From Nanobdellota archaeon (lineage in GTDB: Archaea > Nanobdellota > Nanobdellia > Woesearchaeales > GW2011-AR4), in assembly GCA_038046685.1 (NCBI GenBank), contig JBBSVT010000007.1, forward strand, positions 1-59,043: a DNA stretch of 59,043 nt, written 5' to 3'. A program made the position numbers and the translations under genes. Numbering within the stretch: position 1 is the first letter of the stretch; every line of letters begins with the position of its first letter. The notes under the pieces are model-generated. The model ran no database searches. It was not told where the DNA came from and worked only from the letters and a program-made list of their open reading frames with translations. Shown in pieces: positions 55,862-59,043 of the stretch.

Positions 55862-56404
55862 TCATTCCGTTGCTTCTTTCGGAATCTTGAATTCTCTTTT
55901 GCTGAAGATAAGCTCTTCAGTTTGGGCTATGCATGTTTTGCAGCGTTCCATCATAACATCATACTTCTCAACTATCTCGCTGTCTTTAACTTTTGACCCA
56001 TATCGAGCTTCTTCGCGCTCATCAACATCTGTCTTTTTTTCTATTTCGCTGTGAACAGTGATTCTGTCTATGAAATCATCGTCTAGCATTATCAGGTTAG
56101 CATCTTTAACATAGCGAAGAAATAAAGCTGTGCATTTTTGGCTTCTGCTTTCAATGCCGAATTCCGATAAAATGGCAAGAGCGCAGTAATAAATTGTGTA
56201 AAACCATTCTTCCGGAAGCTTGTAATCAGCCCCTTCTTTTTTGTATTTTTCACACCATTCTAGATTCTCTTTTGCTTTTTTAATGTATTCTAATGCCTGC
56301 TCATGATTCGGCTCTGCAACTAATAAGCCCTTATGCTTTTTGCCCTTCTCCTCATCCTTTTTTGCATTTATGAAGCAATTCCTTACCTTTTCAAACACGC
56401 TCAT
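55862..56404 (-). CDS. HEPN-domain protein, copy 3
   Basis: The 180-aa helical protein has ALEYIKKAKENLEWCEKY...YYCALAILSEFGIESRSQ...REEARYGSK (R..A.YG block). It overlaps the upstream MNT gene by 4 nt. Confidence 0.6.
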   Translation of the reverse strand: MSVFEKVRNCFINAKKDEEKGKKHKGLLVAEPNHEQALEYIKKAKENLEWCEKYKKEGADYKLPEEWFYTIYYCALAILSEFGIESRSQKCTALFLRYVKDANLIMLDDDFIDRITVHSEIEKKTDVDEREEARYGSKVKDSEIVEKYDVMMERCKTCIAQTEELIFSKREFKIPKEATE

Positions 56405-57030
56405 TTTGACACTCCATGCAGCTTTTTCATGAATTTTATGAATTCTTCCTGCCCGAAAAGGACAACGCCTTTCTTAACTGCCTCAACAAAAGCCTTGTTT
56501 GGCTTTAAAAGTTCTTCTCTAAACTCTGATTCAGTAAAATTTATTGAATGAATGCGCTTGGATTCGCTTTTTTGGATTTTATCAAGCGATTCGTGAAGCT
56601 TTTTAAAGCTTTTTCGGTCTGGAATGATGCCAATAACATCAATGTCTTTAGCTTTTGCATATGAGCTTAATACGCTTCCATAGAGAATGAAAAAGCTTAC
56701 ATGCTCCTTGACTTCTATAAAATTAAAAGTCCATCGTTGATAGTCCATAGCTTCCCTGCTTAAAGCCAAATCCAAGTATTTATCCAACAAATCATTCTTA
56801 AAATTAAGTTTCGGGACAATTAAGCTTGTCTCCTTTCCAGTTGGCTTCATAATAACATACTTTTCCTGCTCTAAGCGCTTCAAAACCTTCCATATCCCGC
56901 TTCTTGTCATGCCCAATTCTTTCCCAATTGAGGTTATAGTGTGCATAGTAGAGAAATCCTTAAGCAGTAGCAATACGATTCGCATTTGATGAGACATAAT
57001 TGTTTCCATTTTGGATATAATTGTTTCCAT
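56401..57030 (-). CDS. wHTH plus nucleotidyltransferase (MNT-type antitoxin), copy 3
   Basis: The wHTH is ITSIGKELGMTRSGIWKVLKRLEQEKYV. The NTase motif is FILYGSVLSSYAKAKDIDVIGII. The start was trimmed to the ATG at 57030 because a TATA-like tataaatatcc lies inside the longer track ORF. A second identical ATG context is at 57009. Confidence 0.65.
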   Translation of the reverse strand: METIISKMETIMSHQMRIVLLLLKDFSTMHTITSIGKELGMTRSGIWKVLKRLEQEKYVIMKPTGKETSLIVPKLNFKNDLLDKYLDLALSREAMDYQRWTFNFIEVKEHVSFFILYGSVLSSYAKAKDIDVIGIIPDRKSFKKLHESLDKIQKSESKRIHSINFTESEFREELLKPNKAFVEAVKKGVVLFGQEEFIKFMKKLHGVSK

Positions 57031-57122
57031 ATAGGAAATAAGGATATTTATATACTTTTCGGTTTTAAATTTACCAAAAAGGCACGATTTACCAAATGGT
57101 AAATCAATGCCAAATACCATCA

Positions 57123-57169
57123 ACTATCTTAAAAAAAGATAGTAGTATCTAAAAAAGAGATACCTACTA
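57123..57169 (-). terminator. two adjacent hairpins with A/T-run loops
   Basis: The arms are actatctt/aagatagt (57123-57143) and tagtagtatct/agatacctacta (57140-57169, one bulge). On the minus strand each is followed by T runs. They lie downstream of the lipoprotein gene cluster and upstream of the MNT3 promoter. Confidence 0.35.
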
Positions 57170-57525
57170 TGCTTCCAATAATCTGTTCTTTTCGTTTAAA
57201 CAAAAATCCGTCGAAAATTAGTAAAAATTAAATACCTGTAGGTTTATCGTAAAAGAAAAATAAGCTGGAAAAGGGTGGGCATTGCGACTAAGGATAGACG
57301 CTCGGCGGGAGCATTTCTTTATTTATTTTTAGTGGTAAAATAAGAATTTTTATAATTTACGATGTTGTCATTTATTGTTGTTGAAGTAATCTTTCAGCAT
57401 TTTCATAAGCAAACTTACTCCTATTCTCTTCCACAACTTCAGGAATTTCTTCATCTGGAGCTATTGTTTGAGTAAAGTCACTGATAAAAACAATGTCCAT
57501 AATAAATAATACTAAATACCTAATT

Positions 57526-58989
57526 TTACCTATTATACACTCCAGGGCGTTTGAAATTTTCACTTTCGCTGCATTTTCCTGCCTGGTGCTCTATGCTTAA
57601 AGTATCCTCATCTATTAACTGCACTAAAATTTTGCCCGTGGGCATCGGCTCAAATGATTTGCCGACATCTTCCGCTTGATAACAATAAATGTTTCCGTCC
57701 GCAGTTACCTGCGAAAATTCCCTGTTAACAAAGCCAGAGCCTCTTGGAATAAACTTAAACTTAGATGGATTGGTAAAAATTCCTGCTATTGAAACTACCT
57801 GCACATCCGGAAAATCATTATCATTCACAAAAGCCAAGTACACTTTCCAGTCAACTACATATTCTTCTTCAGCAGATTCGTGAAACCAAGTTCCTTTTAA
57901 TGTTCCAGGAATATCTTGCATCGTGATTCCGCACTGTTGCCCATCATCTCTTTTTATTAAATCGAAAAATTGCTTTTGCAGATCTCCTCTGTAATATTGA
58001 TATGGACAATTTATGAACCGCGTTCTTGTGGGATGCCTTTTCGGATTTGCAAAATTAAGCTCTTTCCTTAAATCAATTATCCCGAAATCAAAATTGCCTT
58101 GTTTTAGGCCAACTTGTCCAAGCAAAGTTCCTTCCTCCACCTTAACAAGCAATATTTTAGTGCATGAATCTTCAGATTGAATAGTGTAATCTTCACATTC
58201 GATTTTATCTGTTATCTTACTTAGATCTTCAGATGTCGTTTTTACATGGTTGTAATATCCTATAACATCCCTACACAAAGCAAAATAAATCGTATAGTCA
58301 ATTGGGTCTTGTGTCATCCCCTTTCTCCATTGTACAGAAGTAATGTAAATGTCGGCCGGAGCATACAAGGGGTAAGCATAATTGGTTTCATATTCTCCTA
58401 AATGCAAGTGAGTATGGTCTGTCGGGAAAGTATGCCCAGGAGGTCCCAAATTGCCTAAAGGTGTTATTTCTTTTACATTGCTTAAATCAACCGGTGTTGT
58501 TGTAAAGAATTTGTTTTCACAGCCAGGAAGCGTTTCTCTTTCTTGCTCTGTTGGGATCTCTGAGTTATATCTTCCTATTTTTACCCAAGTAATTTGCTTC
58601 TCTTTAGCTTTAGAGATTTGTGTTTCTTCGTGATCAAAATCTTCTTTGGATTCTTCCGGTATAAAGTTATGATTTTCTTGCTCTTCCCCCTTCCCTGAAG
58701 CAACATTCAATCTTGCTAATTTTTCTCTTAATTCGGAAACATTAATTCCTTGGTTCCCTAATCTATTTACAGACGCTTCCAATTCATCATAATGCCTTGC
58801 CCCTATAATATTGCCGGCATTAAGCAAAATATCTATATTTCTTTCCAAATCTGCATAATCATTTGGCACCTGGTGGTCTGTTGTTGTGTCTTTATACTCA
58901 TCTTCTGCTATCTTTACATAATCAGTTTGTGCGCATCCATAAATAAGAATAACCAAAACAATAGAAAATATAAGGTGCCTCTTTTTCAT
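57526..58989 (-). CDS. lipoprotein of unknown function
   Basis: MKKRHLIFSIVLVILIYGCAQ is a lipobox, with the start taken at the ATG at 58989. The remaining roughly 460 aa match no family I recognise. Confidence 0.6.
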   Translation of the reverse strand: MKKRHLIFSIVLVILIYGCAQTDYVKIAEDEYKDTTTDHQVPNDYADLERNIDILLNAGNIIGARHYDELEASVNRLGNQGINVSELREKLARLNVASGKGEEQENHNFIPEESKEDFDHEETQISKAKEKQITWVKIGRYNSEIPTEQERETLPGCENKFFTTTPVDLSNVKEITPLGNLGPPGHTFPTDHTHLHLGEYETNYAYPLYAPADIYITSVQWRKGMTQDPIDYTIYFALCRDVIGYYNHVKTTSEDLSKITDKIECEDYTIQSEDSCTKILLVKVEEGTLLGQVGLKQGNFDFGIIDLRKELNFANPKRHPTRTRFINCPYQYYRGDLQKQFFDLIKRDDGQQCGITMQDIPGTLKGTWFHESAEEEYVVDWKVYLAFVNDNDFPDVQVVSIAGIFTNPSKFKFIPRGSGFVNREFSQVTADGNIYCYQAEDVGKSFEPMPTGKILVQLIDEDTLSIEHQAGKCSESENFKRPGVYNR

Positions 58990-59043
58990 TCTAACTTGAC
59001 TTCGCCACATCATAATTAAAAGTTTACAGTTTTCATAAATTTT

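Noticed and set aside
57273-57312. Locally GC-rich patch gggtgggcattgcgactaaggatagacgctcggcgggagc as a small RNA gene
   Set aside because: Only a short gctc/gagc stem is evident. It has no recognisable tRNA, SRP or RNase P features and no second copy in the window. The evidence is insufficient to call an ncRNA.
57372-57563. 63-aa minus-strand ORF downstream of the lipoprotein gene
   Set aside because: It overlaps the lipoprotein gene's 3' end by 38 nt, and its first half is hydrophobic read-through-like sequence. A shorter 42-aa version from MDIVF... is possible, but there is nothing to support it.

Overview
This is a very AT-rich, gene-dense prokaryotic segment (GC judged by eye, not computed), and it is most likely archaeal. 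Supporting markers are SRP54, a class I lysyl-tRNA synthetase, two PurP (archaeal FAICAR synthetase) paralogues, an AbrB-PhoU fusion and lipobox-type YGCAQ signal peptides. I found no rRNA, tRNA or CRISPR array. The housekeeping backbone comprises srp54, lysS, scattered purine genes (purA, purP x2, guaA, purF, purD), 5-formyl-THF cyclo-ligase, a rimK module, and a nickel-pincer cofactor operon (larC-HExxH-larB-larE plus a Ni transporter) divergent from nikR with no larA in the window. Accessory content interleaved with this backbone is listed below.

- **RM-like island (about 5.7-10.9 kb):** a six-gene island bracketed by imperfect inverted and direct repeats. It encodes an unlisted 48-aa RHH leader, two different DNA methyltransferases, a LAGLIDADG-like protein whose catalytic acidic residues are replaced, a small PD-(D/E)xK protein and a DUF3800-like protein.
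- **Two-gene peptide cassette (11.3-11.8 kb):** a small membrane protein plus a Cys-rich secreted peptide, flanked by an 11-bp inverted repeat and degenerate repeat blocks.
- **Toxin-antitoxin content:** VapBC, a DUF4258-like/AbrB pair, and three wHTH-nucleotidyltransferase/HEPN pairs. Two of the three HEPN pairs each precede a purP paralogue.
- **Main candidate for an undescribed system (46.2-55.4 kb, minus strand):** a translationally coupled operon of RHH, a PLD-nuclease/SNF2-helicase fusion (1068 aa), an Eco57I/PglX-like N6-adenine methyltransferase (1197 aa), a 533-aa orphan protein with a C-terminal HEPN-like Rx5H motif, and a Cas4/RecB-like Fe-S nuclease. The defining genes of BREX, DISARM, Type I and Type III systems are absent. 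Its RHH leader is about 51% identical to the leader of the first island.
- **Neighbours of the candidate operon:** a Vsr/DUF559-like nuclease and an MNT/HEPN pair upstream, and a Panacea-like gene broken by an in-frame TAA downstream.

All family assignments come from motif reading by eye. No database search was run.
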